Source: a virus
Taxonomy: Duplodnaviria; Heunggongvirae; Uroviricota; Caudoviricetes
IMG/VR virus record: IMGVR_UViG_3300045020_000158
Location: 1 to 64,000 of that record
DNA: 64,000 nt
Reading direction: 5' to 3' (one strand)
Of the stretch, positions 1 to 10,035 are shown in pieces (the stretch's first letter is position 1; each line of letters begins with the position of its first letter). The position numbers were made by a program, and so were the translations under genes. The notes under the pieces are model-generated. The model saw only the letters and a list, made by a program, of their open reading frames with translations, did not search any database and was not told the origin of the DNA.

Positions 1-561
1 GCAACCTTCGCGATACTTCCATTCGATTGATTCGCGTACGTGCTTGCAGCTTCGGCATTCGATCGTACCGTCGTGATTCAGGAAAAAAAGCTGGCTGCGC
101 AGGTACATTCGAAGACCCACTCCGGGCGCCTGATCTGGAAATCATGCTCCACTACGTCGCCCAAAGAGGTCTCCCAAATGAAAAGGCCAACCCGAAGGCT
201 GGCCTTGTGAATAATCGCCCGATACTCGCCTCGGTGCCGGGCTTACCGCTGGTATCGCCCAGACGTTCGAAGCGGCCGGACTGATTACCGGCAGGTTTGC
301 ATGCTTCCGTCGTGCTTAGCCCCTTGCGGAGCGCCCATACACTACACCCAGCTTGCGCCAGTGAAATAGGGACATCGACCCCTATACCTACGGGCCGCTT
401 GCGCGGCTGCTTACCTCATTCGGACTCACTGAAATTCCATTGGTCGGCTGATACTCCGGGGGTTTCGGCAGCCGACGTAAAATCTCTTCGAGCGTGAAAA
501 GAATCTTCTCAAGAATCAGCGCCTCGCGCTCATCTTCCCCCAGCTTCCAGCGCACAAGCGC

Positions 562-918
562 TTAGGTTTTGACGGCTGCGGCCGAAGCGGGCGCCGTGAC
601 GGGCGTAACGCTGATGCCGGAAGTCGGCAGGAATGTCGGCGGCGTGCCCACTTCGGTGAAGCTTTGAGTTACCGGGGTTCCGAGGGTCGCGCCGCTGACA
701 TCAAGATCAGTCGCGACGACCGTGCCTGCGCCGGGATTTACCGAAGTCGTGAACGACCAAGGCGTTGCCTCCTTGCCCGTCAACAGCACCGCAGGCTGCG
801 CTACGCCGCTTGAATCCGTCACCACGACGCTGGTCGAGGCAAATGCTGCGCCAGTCGGCGTAACGATGGATGGGCCTTTGGAGATCGTTACGACGACCTG
901 AATCAAATTTGAACTCAT
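562..918 (-). CDS. hypothetical Thr/Val/Ser-rich protein
   Basis: 118-aa ORF. Its stop lies just upstream of the next minus-strand ORF. Low-complexity T/V/S/G composition; no recognisable motif. Confidence 0.35.
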   Translation of the reverse strand: MSSNLIQVVVTISKGPSIVTPTGAAFASTSVVVTDSSGVAQPAVLLTGKEATPWSFTTSVNPGAGTVVATDLDVSGATLGTPVTQSFTEVGTPPTFLPTSGISVTPVTAPASAAAVKT

Positions 919-927
919 AGAAATTCC

Positions 928-1155
928 TCAGGTGACAGGTTTATCAGGCGCCGCGAGATCTGACCATCGCGCGAACGCAGGCTGATAGCCAGAACTCTCC
1001 GCGACCTTATCAGCTCCGCGTGACGCATTCTTTTCAGCGAGCACGGCGCGTAGTGCCTTCAAATCCTCCAACAGCTGAACGTATTTCGCTTCCAGATCGA
1101 CAATACGTTTCTGGTGTGATTGAAGCTTCTGTTCGAGCTGCTGGAGGGGGTTCAT
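928..1155 (-). CDS. hypothetical coiled-coil protein
   Basis: 75-aa ORF with heptad-like LEQKLQSHQKRIVDLEAKYVQLLEDLKAL; 3 nt from the upstream ORF. Confidence 0.35.
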   Translation of the reverse strand: MNPLQQLEQKLQSHQKRIVDLEAKYVQLLEDLKALRAVLAEKNASRGADKVAESSGYQPAFARWSDLAAPDKPVT

Positions 1156-1158
1156 CCA

Positions 1159-1737
1159 CTATTCCGGCGATGGACCGTTGATGCCGCCTGCGAGGTCAGT
1201 AGATGCTTCGACAGCAGAAGACACTTCAAGATCCATAACGCCATTGGCCTGATGTAAAACCTGATTCAGTGTCCCATTCTGCGAATCGACCGAATATGGA
1301 TTTCCCTGCGCCTGATTGAAACCATACTGTGATGCGATCAGAGATCCGGCGAGCTGCTCCTCTGCATTGCTCAATGTGACCTCAGCTTTAGCCGCTTTGT
1401 CCTCCGGCAGCGCCGGGGGCGCCTCAAATTTCGAGACACTGTACCATTGGCGAAACGCTGCGATCAATTCGCCATCGCGGGTGAAAAGCAGATCGCCGTT
1501 CTTGGCAATCTCGAAAGAGTGAGCTGAAATCCAATCGGATTCGTTCGATGCCGTGGGAGTGCTCCATTCGACGATGTAATCGGACAGTCCTCGTTGAGGC
1601 ACCGTTTCAACGGAGACAGTCATGTTCTTCCGCGGCCGCCCCGGCTTGCGCTTCACCGGAACGGATTCAGCAAAGGACTGCTCGGCCTTACGCGGCCGGC
1701 CTGGTTTTCTCTTCATGATTTTCTCGGGTGGTGACAA
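1159..1737 (-). CDS. AT-hook DNA-binding protein
   Basis: Two KRKPGRPRK AT-hook motifs in the first 40 aa; no other recognisable domain. Confidence 0.5.
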   Translation of the reverse strand: MSPPEKIMKRKPGRPRKAEQSFAESVPVKRKPGRPRKNMTVSVETVPQRGLSDYIVEWSTPTASNESDWISAHSFEIAKNGDLLFTRDGELIAAFRQWYSVSKFEAPPALPEDKAAKAEVTLSNAEEQLAGSLIASQYGFNQAQGNPYSVDSQNGTLNQVLHQANGVMDLEVSSAVEASTDLAGGINGPSPE

Positions 1738-2815
1738 AGGACAGGAATTTTAGCAGCAATTTTCAGGCCGCTTCGCGCTTTTTCTTTTTCTTCTCACGCC
1801 ATTCCGAATAAGCGACAGCGGCACGTTGTTTTTGATCGGGAAAGTCTTTGTTGGCTCGCTTGCTTCCCATGTAGCGCGAAATAAAGGAACTGAGCTTTTC
1901 GCCCTTTTCAACGGACGGCATTCGATACCTCTGCGTCAATTTTTGCAGCAATCTTTCGCGCCATTTTCTGAATCATGCGCTCCTGCTCAATTTCCCATCC
2001 CGCGCCGCGCCGATGGTTGCACTTACAGCGCTCGCACCAGATCAAATCATCTTCGCCGGCGAACTTCTGGTTCACGTCGGGGCCGGAGTAGGGCTTGAGC
2101 GCTTCGGGCGAAAACTCTACCGTGAATTCGTGTTTCACTTGGCCTTCACATAGAGACGCACAGGCGTGACGTAAAAAGGCTGAGGCGACGCCATCTCGAA
2201 GCGAATCTGCATCACTCGCCCTTCCGCTGTCCGCGCCACCCGCGTACGTTGGTTGCATCGCCGCCATCCGGAATCGACGCTCGAGCTCCACTCGGGCCAC
2301 CCACCTTCACGGCCGGCTCGGCACGCTGGGGCTGCGTGCCGGGAACCACATCGATCTGATTGACCGGCGCGGGCCGGTTGCCGAGGACTGCCGCGGCAGT
2401 TTGCGCGCCGGTCGATTTGGTCGGCATCGGGCGCGGGAGGCCGGATGAGGTGTTTTCGCGGTCGTAGGGGATGCCGGCGACGCCGATCAGCATGGGAATT
2501 CTCCGTGGAACATGGAAAGGCGGATCGTGAAAAATAAATCCAAGTTCATGACGCGATTGGATTTAATCCGAATCGCGCTATTCCTTGAGTGTTCCACGAA
2601 CCACCGACTTATCGGGATGCTCTTCGGTCATATGGAACCGTACACCGCCGCTGGTCGCATGGCCGGGCGAGCCGCAATGCAGGCCGCTCTCGCCTTCGAT
2701 CTCGGCGACCGTCTCGGAGCCGCGTCCGCCCTTGGTGTCATTCGACAGCGCGGCCGACTCAGCGTTTTCGTTCGGGGTCATTCGCATGGGAAAATCCTTG
2801 AGTTGGAGCGCCCGC

Positions 2816-3298
2816 TCAGGACGCAGAGGCAGTTTTACACGCTTGCATAGACTTATCACAAAGCTGCCGTTTTTGTAAAGCCTTGGCTTCCCGGACCTGA
2901 TAAAACTTGCGCAGCGCGACAATTTTGCCGCGGGCAACGCGCTTGCGCAGGGCATTGGCCGTACACCCGAACAGTTCGGCTTTTTCTCCGACCGTCCAAT
3001 AGCCGCCCTCAGGCTTGGTCTGAATGACGTACCACACGAACAGTGCGCGGCGATAGCGGACCCGGAGCATCTGGACCGCCAAATTGACCTCGTAGACGCG
3101 CGGCGACATATCGGCGCAGAGAATCCTCGAGCCGGCCGGCTGGTCGCTCATCATCGCGCAGAAAGCCGCTTCCCGCGGCAGGACGGCGTCGGCGAAATGG
3201 CGCTCGTGCCAGGCGCCCCATTCGCGCAGCAGGCTGTCTAGGTGCTCGTATTCGGCTGAGGTGTGGGACAAATCGGATGCTCCCCGCAAACCGCGCAT
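2816..3298 (-). CDS. putative transcription regulator with sigma-70 region-4-like HTH (late regulator or antiterminator-like)
   Basis: C-terminal TVGEKAELFGCTANALRKRVARGKI resembles the sigma region 4 / LuxR-type HTH; 160 aa. Confidence 0.4.
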   Translation of the reverse strand: MRGLRGASDLSHTSAEYEHLDSLLREWGAWHERHFADAVLPREAAFCAMMSDQPAGSRILCADMSPRVYEVNLAVQMLRVRYRRALFVWYVIQTKPEGGYWTVGEKAELFGCTANALRKRVARGKIVALRKFYQVREAKALQKRQLCDKSMQACKTASAS

Positions 3299-3498
3299 TT
3301 GAATATGTCGTTGCCGATGGTATAGACCTCGAAGCCGAATTCACAGAAGGGGCAGGCGACCGAGCCGGCCTTGATGGCTTTCTCGCGGCGGTCGCGAAGG
3401 AGTTCCTCGATGGTCATTGCGGCTCTACCCGACACAATAACAATCGCAGTTCCAGTTTCGAATTCTCGTCGATCATATCGGGCAGCACCTCCATGCAA
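3238..3498 (-). CDS. small zinc-ribbon protein
   Basis: CPFCEF...CAVCGEHPIC motif with four Cys; overlaps the downstream ORF start, so its boundaries are uncertain. Confidence 0.3.
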   Translation of the reverse strand: MHGGAARYDRREFETGTAIVIVSGRAAMTIEELLRDRREKAIKAGSVACPFCEFGFEVYTIGNDIFKCAVCGEHPICPTPQPNTST

Positions 3499-3731
3499 AG
3501 AAGCGTCCGCAAACCAAGGCTCGCCAACTTCATGATTTCTTCCTGCGCCACTTTCACCTTTTCGCTTTCAATCTGCTCGCGCTCGAAATATTTCGTCGAT
3601 TCGGCGAAGGATCTGGAAGCGGCTGCCTTTTCCAGGAGGCGATAGACTTCGCCATCGTGCGCGGCGCGAACATCTGCGGTCTTGAGTTTCAGGCTGACAT
3701 GGGCGATGCAGCCGTCGGAAATATTAGTCAT
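3414..3731 (-). CDS. hypothetical protein
   Basis: 105-aa ORF; 4-nt start/stop overlap with the upstream GroES-like gene (translational coupling). Confidence 0.3.
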   Translation of the reverse strand: MTNISDGCIAHVSLKLKTADVRAAHDGEVYRLLEKAAASRSFAESTKYFEREQIESEKVKVAQEEIMKLASLGLRTLLCMEVLPDMIDENSKLELRLLLCRVEPQ

Positions 3732-4420
3732 TCGATCACCGCGACAATATCTTCCTCACGGATCACCAACACTTCCTCCCCGTCAATCTGGACTTGAGTG
3801 CCCAGACTGAACCAGATTCGATCGCCGGCTTTCACATCGAGTGGGACAGCGTTGCCGCTTTCAAGCAGCTTGCCCGGTCCGACCGCAACGATTTCACCTC
3901 GCAAGTAGGGCTCGCGTTCAGTGTCGACCAAATGAACGCCGCCACGCGAAATGGTCTCGCGCTCCAGGCGCCTCACAATCACGCGATCATGTAACGGGCG
4001 CGCTTCGCCGGTTTTGGCATCGAATGCGATCGCGACATCGGCCTCACGTGTGGAAATGATAACATCCTTGTTACCCCACAAAACTCGTGTGAAAAGATAG
4101 CCATTCAGCTCGAGGCCGCCAAGATCGACGACATCGCCGGGTTTGATGTCGCACGGCGTAAAATGTTTCGAGTCCCACGACTTCGTACGCTTGCCCTTCG
4201 GGCCGTCATAACGCTTCTGGAAATGACCTGGCCCGACAGCCAATACTTTCCCGCGGACAGGTTCGCCTCGATAAACCAACTCCATCATCGTCCCATGATC
4301 AATATCCAATGGCTCGACCACAATGTGATCGCGCAGGCAGCGGATGGTTTCGTCTTCGCGGACGAAGGTCAACAGGGCGTTGGATACGCGGACACCGCGG
4401 TCGATGAGAGGTTGGTTCAT
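3728..4420 (-). CDS. tandem GroES/Cpn10-domain co-chaperonin (Cpn20-like)
   Basis: The C-terminal half is canonical GroES (LHDRVIVRRLERETISRGGVHL...GEIVAVGPGKLLESGNAVPLDVKAGDRIWFS...DGEEVLVIREEDIVAVIE). The N-terminal half is a divergent second copy (LRDHIVVEPL...GKVLAVGPGHFQ...DIKPGDVVDLG) with an insertion. Confidence 0.75.
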   Translation of the reverse strand: MNQPLIDRGVRVSNALLTFVREDETIRCLRDHIVVEPLDIDHGTMMELVYRGEPVRGKVLAVGPGHFQKRYDGPKGKRTKSWDSKHFTPCDIKPGDVVDLGGLELNGYLFTRVLWGNKDVIISTREADVAIAFDAKTGEARPLHDRVIVRRLERETISRGGVHLVDTEREPYLRGEIVAVGPGKLLESGNAVPLDVKAGDRIWFSLGTQVQIDGEEVLVIREEDIVAVIE

Positions 4421-4623
4421 TTATCGTCACTCGCGATATTCCGAATTCTCAAAGGATCACTCCAGCGCAGCAATGCATTCGGACCGTCAAAACCATAGAC
4501 TTCGTAAAGCGTTCGATCGACCCATACATGATCGCCTATTTGCACTTTGAGCAGACATTGCGGATCTGCATTCAGATCCAGCTGTCCAGCGGAAACAGAA
4601 TCATCACGTTCTTGGCGGGTCAT
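4417..4623 (-). CDS. hypothetical protein
   Basis: 68-aa ORF coupled by 4-nt overlaps on both sides. Confidence 0.3.
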   Translation of the reverse strand: MTRQERDDSVSAGQLDLNADPQCLLKVQIGDHVWVDRTLYEVYGFDGPNALLRWSDPLRIRNIASDDK

Positions 4624-4847
4624 TCCGTTTGCCTCTTTTCTTCATCAGTCAAAGGCGTTACATGCCAAGGCTGAGAAATCTGACGCACCTCCCAAGCAAC
4701 CGGTTCACCCTTCTCATCAACATCGATCGTAATCGACGGAATGCCATTTTTATCGAGCCATAATACTCGCGCGCGATACATGTAGCGCGGGCCACTATCG
4801 CGACGAAGCATCACAATATCGCCAATGGCGTAATCAGAGTTTTTCAT
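4620..4847 (-). CDS. hypothetical protein
   Basis: 75-aa ORF coupled by 4-nt overlaps. Confidence 0.3.
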   Translation of the reverse strand: MKNSDYAIGDIVMLRRDSGPRYMYRARVLWLDKNGIPSITIDVDEKGEPVAWEVRQISQPWHVTPLTDEEKRQTE

Positions 4848-5137
4848 CCCTTAACCAAAGCCAACTTAACAGCTCCCTTCACATTCGTCGCCGGATCAAC
4901 CGGTGCATCCAGATCGTTCGCACGAAGCATCGCCAGCTTGAAATGGTCCCGCGTCCCTCCGCACAACTCGTGCTTTTTGAAAAACTTCTCCGCGGCGCGC
5001 CGCTCGGCGCAATGCTCGAAAGGGCCATCGAAGCGTGTCGCATAGAGCAGTGCGTCCGATTGATTGGCGCCGCAGACGGTGCAGATGAAGTACATGGAAT
5101 TGCCGAGGATCTGGGGAGTGCGGGAGTTGTCAGTCAT
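4844..5137 (-). CDS. hypothetical Cys-containing protein
   Basis: Internal Met (MTDNSRTPQ...) gives an ATGA overlap with the upstream stop at 5134-5136; CTVCG...HC...C motif. Confidence 0.3.
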   Translation of the reverse strand: MTDNSRTPQILGNSMYFICTVCGANQSDALLYATRFDGPFEHCAERRAAEKFFKKHELCGGTRDHFKLAMLRANDLDAPVDPATNVKGAVKLALVKG

Positions 5138-5859
5138 GTGAATTTCCTCTCCGCTTCCATCCGATCCAGCGCATCCTTCATCGACTCGCCATGCTTCCAA
5201 TCCCAACTGCAGCCGGTTGTGCCGCCCTTCCATGAGCCAGTGCGCTCGCCAGCCTCGCCATCGAATTCAACGTTGATCACGCGGCGCACCAGACGCGGCC
5301 AAGGCAATCGCCGCAACCATTTCCAACGCCATTCGCGTTCTTCGCCATTCACGGTCGCAATGCGCTTCTGAAGTTCGCCTGAATTGAGCTTGTAGGTATA
5401 GAGAAACTTTTCTTTTGTTTCTTCTGGACCAGAGTATTCGTGCGGCAATGGAGCGTGATGCAGTGAACCATCAGGATTCAGATAATCGTGGCGGATATGC
5501 TCCCAACTCCATGGCAAGCGGATATGCCAGCTCGTCTTGGGATCAGCGCTGCGACCGGTATCCTTCCCCCATTTCCAGACAAATGTATCTTCGAAGAAGT
5601 AAAAGCCATAAGTCGGCCCGGAGCATTGGCCTTCATCGGGCACAACTTTGTGCCATGAAAAGCTGAATGCAATACTGAGAATACCGCAGCCTAGTCGAAT
5701 CCAGGCGCGACGATGCTCGTGCCAGTCGGAGGGGAATTCGATCTCGGCTCGCGGGCCGCGAATACCTAGCACTGCATAGGCGATCTCGCCTTCGTGATAG
5801 TCGTAATTCCAGCAGCGGAGCATCAAGCTGCGGCGTTCTTTTTCGATTGCGAATTTCAC
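5134..5859 (-). CDS. hypothetical protein (Trp-rich)
   Basis: 241-aa ORF coupled by 4-nt overlaps to its neighbours; no recognised domain. Confidence 0.4.
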   Translation of the reverse strand: MKFAIEKERRSLMLRCWNYDYHEGEIAYAVLGIRGPRAEIEFPSDWHEHRRAWIRLGCGILSIAFSFSWHKVVPDEGQCSGPTYGFYFFEDTFVWKWGKDTGRSADPKTSWHIRLPWSWEHIRHDYLNPDGSLHHAPLPHEYSGPEETKEKFLYTYKLNSGELQKRIATVNGEEREWRWKWLRRLPWPRLVRRVINVEFDGEAGERTGSWKGGTTGCSWDWKHGESMKDALDRMEAERKFT

Positions 5860-6239
5860 GGCTCAATCCTCAACAGCGCATACCCTCGCGGTAGCAAATG
5901 CCACGGCACTTTGCCTCGGGCTAAGATCACGGATTTGCACATCTCACAGACTTCGAAACGATAAAACTCAGCGCCGAAAGCCTGGTGATACCATGAGCCT
6001 CCACTTCCATTGTGTTTGCACTTCAACTGCTTCGCGTTGGGAATCGACACCAGCGGCGGAGGCGGTTCCGAATCAGCCTCTACGATGGTTTCACCGGGCT
6101 TAACCATTGCGATAGCGCCGTTCTTCGACTCGGCTGAGCCATTAATCTCCCACTCATGCGTTGAATCCGCGCGACTATACAACGTCCACGCATAACCACC
6201 CCAGACGTTGGGATTGAATCGGATCGCGACCTCAGCCAC
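5856..6239 (-). CDS. hypothetical protein
   Basis: 127 aa; C-terminal CKHNGSGGSWYHQAFGAEFYRFEVCEMC cysteine cluster. Confidence 0.35.
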   Translation of the reverse strand: MAEVAIRFNPNVWGGYAWTLYSRADSTHEWEINGSAESKNGAIAMVKPGETIVEADSEPPPPLVSIPNAKQLKCKHNGSGGSWYHQAFGAEFYRFEVCEMCKSVILARGKVPWHLLPRGYALLRIEP

Positions 6240-6555
6240 AACTTCTCATCCCATCATCATCCGCACGCATTTGCGCGAGCCAGTCATCGCGACTTAGTTC
6301 GAACAACCATGGCCATTCATCACGGAGAAGTTGAAGAGTTCCGCAAATCCATGGCCCGAATCCGAAAGGCATTCAATCAGCTCCTGTCCGCGCCGTCTGC
6401 AGGCCTAGAATTCTCTCGTAAACGAATCATTTCAGCCTCCTCCCGACGTTCCAGCTCATACACCCGTGTCACCGCCCACTCAAACTCCGCCCGGTCGACG
6501 TGCGCGCCGACCAAGCCTTGGCGGATGCTTGCACGGAGGGCTTCGGATTCTTTGT

Positions 6556-6822
6556 TCACTTGTGCCAGGCCCGCGAGAGCGGATTGTCGGGAACATGGCG
6601 TTCATCATGCAGGGCGGCGCATTGACAGGTCGCGCAGTGCTGACCTTGCTCGCGATGCGGCGAGCTGTTCACAGCACCAACAGTCCGCGCAACCGCGATG
6701 CCGTGCATGTCGATTTCACCATCTGAGCCGAATGCATGATCATAGCCTGCAGCGCGCATCTGCTCGGCGATTTCGCGATAGGCCGCGTCGCTAAGTCCCA
6801 TGAGAACATACGTATGAGTCAT
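6556..6822 (-). CDS. hypothetical protein
   Basis: 88-aa ORF; 4-nt overlap with the upstream ORF. Confidence 0.3.
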   Translation of the reverse strand: MTHTYVLMGLSDAAYREIAEQMRAAGYDHAFGSDGEIDMHGIAVARTVGAVNSSPHREQGQHCATCQCAALHDERHVPDNPLSRAWHK

Positions 6823-7199
6823 CTCTTTTTCCCCACCGATGCAATCGACAACAATCGCTGCGCGGTCACGGCCATGTCTTTCGCTTTCCCGATGCGAACG
6901 ATCTCGAAAATCTCTCTCGCTTCAGCCGCATTTCTGGCGCGAACCGGAAGTGGACTCTGCAGCCCCGGCACTTTCCGCCGCAGCGCGCTTTTTGCACGGC
7001 TCCGGCGCCGGATTTCGGAGGGCAACGCATTTACATGCCCGCAATCGCGGCACTGCATGACGTAGTGCGTCGTATCCTTACCGCACTGCAGGCACCATTG
7101 CGTGCTGAATTGGCGGATGCTCATTTCCCGCAACACTCCCGACACCAGAATACCTTGTTCCGGATCTTGCCGCCGCCCAAAGGCTTCAGCAAGCCACAT
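6819..7199 (-). CDS. zinc-ribbon protein
   Basis: CLQCGKDTTHYVMQCRDCGH motif; start uncertain. Confidence 0.3.
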   Translation of the reverse strand: MWLAEAFGRRQDPEQGILVSGVLREMSIRQFSTQWCLQCGKDTTHYVMQCRDCGHVNALPSEIRRRSRAKSALRRKVPGLQSPLPVRARNAAEAREIFEIVRIGKAKDMAVTAQRLLSIASVGKKR

Positions 7200-7242
7200 T
7201 TGCGGCAGGTGCGGCGGATCGTGGTCAAGGGGACGAAATGGA

Positions 7243-7401
7243 TCATTGAACTCGTGTCGACTCGCTCAATGTGACTTTCTGCTGTCGGCCGTCAGGCCAG
7301 CGAAGATACAGAACACCAGCCTCACTTTTGAGTTCACGCGAGAGTTCGGAACTAATGAAGATGGATAACTTCACCTTTTTAGGCTTGAGTTTTTTATTCA
7401 T
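7243..7401 (-). CDS. small basic protein
   Basis: Internal Met MNKKLKPKKVK gives an ATGA overlap with the terminase stop. Confidence 0.3.
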   Translation of the reverse strand: MNKKLKPKKVKLSIFISSELSRELKSEAGVLYLRWPDGRQQKVTLSESTRVQ

Positions 7402-8906
7402 CCCATCCACGCTTCCGAATGTCCCTGATGAAACACCGACCGCTCCCGCGTCTCCACGCGCTTTTTCGGCTCGCACTCAGCGCGGGTTTTGGCGATGCGG
7501 CGCATGATACAAGCTATTCTTGTGGCACTGAGCAAATCATCGTGTTCTTTTACGACAATACCATCTTTCCGATGGTAAAGCATGAATTCCTCCTGCCATT
7601 CACGCAGTTCGCGAAAAACCAAAAGGCGTCCAGTCTGAAAGCGTTCAAGCATTTCGGTAATGCCGGCCTCAAATCCATATCCGCCCGCCTCAAATGTAGC
7701 GTGTGTCAAATGCATTTTGAGCCCGTGCTTACGATAAATCTGGGCGAGCTCCGCCTGATCTTGCACGCCGAACTTACCTCCCGACTGATGACCATCATGA
7801 GGCCACGCCCAGGGAATCCATTCGCCCCAGTGCTTCACGGCCCCCGTAAACATCATCGGTGTCTGTTCGCGCGCGCGATGACAGGCAGTCACATAGAGTT
7901 CATCGGTATCGCGATTGTAGGCCAGTCGGACGGCCGCCGTAGGATGGTCGAAGCCGAAATCGATCGCGCAAAGCTGAGCCCAATGGTCTGGTATTGGGAA
8001 ACTGTCGACAAGAATACTTTCCAATGTAACGGGGAACACGGCGCCGCTGCCGCGCGAAGGAATGCCCTTAGTGCGAGCCTCGCGCTCATGCTCCGGATAG
8101 CTAGCAATAATCGCGAGCCGTTGCTCAGGTGTGAAGTGCGACGCGTCGTCGATCGTCATATTGACAAAGTGAGTTCCGGGCACTTTGTCGATGATGAACC
8201 GACGCACGACTTTCGTAACGCCAAGCAACGGAGTAAACGTCAGAAGAATCGGACCCATTGTCACGTTGGTTCGTGTTAGAACCTCCGTGTAAATCTCCTC
8301 CTCGCATTCCTCGTCAAGCCAACATCCTTGCAATGTCTCGCCTTGGAATTTCTCTCTGCCTTGCACATAGCTCTTGAACGCGCATGTCGATTCCCCGCCA
8401 CTAACATGGCGCACTTTAACCATGTCAACACCATCAGCGACGGAGCGATTCCGCGAAGGATCGCCAATGATGCATTCCTTCGGAATCATGCCGGTTCCCC
8501 ACTGACCGACACGCCCTAATAGAATGCGCTGCGGATTGTCGCGAGTGGATTCGGCCGTGATTCCGGCGACCCACCAAGGACCTGGTTTGTCGAAACGCAG
8601 GCCACTCCAATCGGGGGGATATCGGCCGGTCAGGTGCATCGCGACTTCGGCACCGGCTGAAAAACTTTTGCCCGTTTGATTGCTTGCGATCAGGCAACGT
8701 TCGCGCGCAAAACGGCCCGCGTCATGGAATTCTTTCTGCTTTGGATAGGCGACATATGAGGCGAGTCGATTCTCCGCCTCACGCCGCTCAATAGTGCGCG
8801 GAATCTCCCGCAACGCCGTCTGCAGCACCTCCGGCGCAATCTGGTCGAAGATCTCATCGAGCGCGTCGAAGTTCACTGACCAGTGCTCGCGAAAATAATC
8901 TGACAT
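7398..8906 (-). CDS. terL: phage terminase large subunit
   Basis: 502 aa. N-terminal ATPase region (KQKEFHDAGRFARERCLIASNQTGKSFSAGAEVAMHLTGRYPPDWSG; Walker A-like NQTGKS). C-terminal nuclease region (DDASHFTPEQRLAIIASYPEHEREARTKGIPSRGSGAVFPV), as in Terminase_6-type TerL. Confidence 0.85.
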   Translation of the reverse strand: MSDYFREHWSVNFDALDEIFDQIAPEVLQTALREIPRTIERREAENRLASYVAYPKQKEFHDAGRFARERCLIASNQTGKSFSAGAEVAMHLTGRYPPDWSGLRFDKPGPWWVAGITAESTRDNPQRILLGRVGQWGTGMIPKECIIGDPSRNRSVADGVDMVKVRHVSGGESTCAFKSYVQGREKFQGETLQGCWLDEECEEEIYTEVLTRTNVTMGPILLTFTPLLGVTKVVRRFIIDKVPGTHFVNMTIDDASHFTPEQRLAIIASYPEHEREARTKGIPSRGSGAVFPVTLESILVDSFPIPDHWAQLCAIDFGFDHPTAAVRLAYNRDTDELYVTACHRAREQTPMMFTGAVKHWGEWIPWAWPHDGHQSGGKFGVQDQAELAQIYRKHGLKMHLTHATFEAGGYGFEAGITEMLERFQTGRLLVFRELREWQEEFMLYHRKDGIVVKEHDDLLSATRIACIMRRIAKTRAECEPKKRVETRERSVFHQGHSEAWMG

Positions 8907-9151
8907 CCATGAGCATCGAAATACAATGTCTCAGGAAATCCACCGCCGTCATCACATCGATCGCAAAGAATCTCCACCGTCTGGGTTCCGGGCAAATCCG
9001 TTTCAGCACGCGGCATGATTTTTTGGCGCTTACATTGCGGGCAGCGCAGTCGAATCCAACAGCCACATCCATCATTCTTTTTTCGCATTGCAAATCGTGT
9101 AACGCGTAGTTGAGTCGACCAGGCGATTGATGCTCACCGCAACCCGCCGCT

Positions 9152-9724
9152 TTATACAGCCAATGGCGCCTCCGCCAACAATTCAATCAGTTTGTTCGCC
9201 ATGCGGGTATAGCACTCCGATCTGGCGTCGGCGGCGGCGTAGGCGGCGGCGGCGGCGGCGTTTCTCGCATTCCTCCGCGCCTCGATCGCCGCTTCGCGAT
9301 CGGCCGGGCCGCCTTCGATCAGTGGCACCAGCACACACGCGCAAGCTTTGATTTGCTGGGCCACGCGCGGATTATCGCGTCCCGCCAGGTCCTGCGTCAG
9401 AATCCAATACAGGAATTTCCAACTCACTCGCGACAGGTCCGCACCAGGCTGGATCGCCGCCAGAAAGCGCGCGGGGAAAGTCTTTGCATCGCCATTCTTC
9501 TGTCCCTCGAACAACGTGTCTTCCAAGCGCGCCAACATCCTCGGGATGCCGAGTTCCGTCTCGAACGCGGCATGCTCCCCACTGTGAATCGTGCAGCCAA
9601 CGGCGCAGCCCTTTCCATTCTCCCAGTAGCTGCCGTGAATGATCTCGTCAGCCGCAGCATGCGCTTCGACTCGCGCGAGATATTTGGCTTTGATTTCAGA
9701 TTTCCCGTGGTAGGCGACAAGCAT
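9152..9724 (-). CDS. hypothetical protein with poly-Ala tract
   Basis: Start taken at MLVAYHGKSE. Contains an AAAAAAYAAADA run encoded by a (GCC/GGC)n trinucleotide repeat at about 9228-9262. Confidence 0.4.
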   Translation of the reverse strand: MLVAYHGKSEIKAKYLARVEAHAAADEIIHGSYWENGKGCAVGCTIHSGEHAAFETELGIPRMLARLEDTLFEGQKNGDAKTFPARFLAAIQPGADLSRVSWKFLYWILTQDLAGRDNPRVAQQIKACACVLVPLIEGGPADREAAIEARRNARNAAAAAAYAAADARSECYTRMANKLIELLAEAPLAV

Positions 9725-9798
9725 TGTATTTCTCCGACAATTATTAATTTGGAACTGGCGAGTTGAATTTGCAATAAATATCAAAGCGTGTCAAATAA

Positions 9799-10035
9799 TT
9801 ATCTCAACCGCCGCTTCCAATCACCCGAGTAATCGCGCTTCGGCTTGCCGATACCTCGCGGCCAGTACGTCTGCGACAGCAGATAATCGCGCGTCTCGAT
9901 CAGCAATTCGCGCACAGCCTCATGCTTCGCCAGCTCGGGATTGAACAATCCGCCGCCGGCCAGATATTCGGTGATGCGGGCGATCAGACGGTCACGTTGA
10001 TCGGAAGGCTTGACGGTCATGCTCGCCGATTCCAC
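9799..10035 (-). CDS. hypothetical protein
   Basis: 78-aa ORF between the Lar-like gene and the poly-Ala gene. Confidence 0.35.
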   Translation of the reverse strand: MESASMTVKPSDQRDRLIARITEYLAGGGLFNPELAKHEAVRELLIETRDYLLSQTYWPRGIGKPKRDYSGDWKRRLR

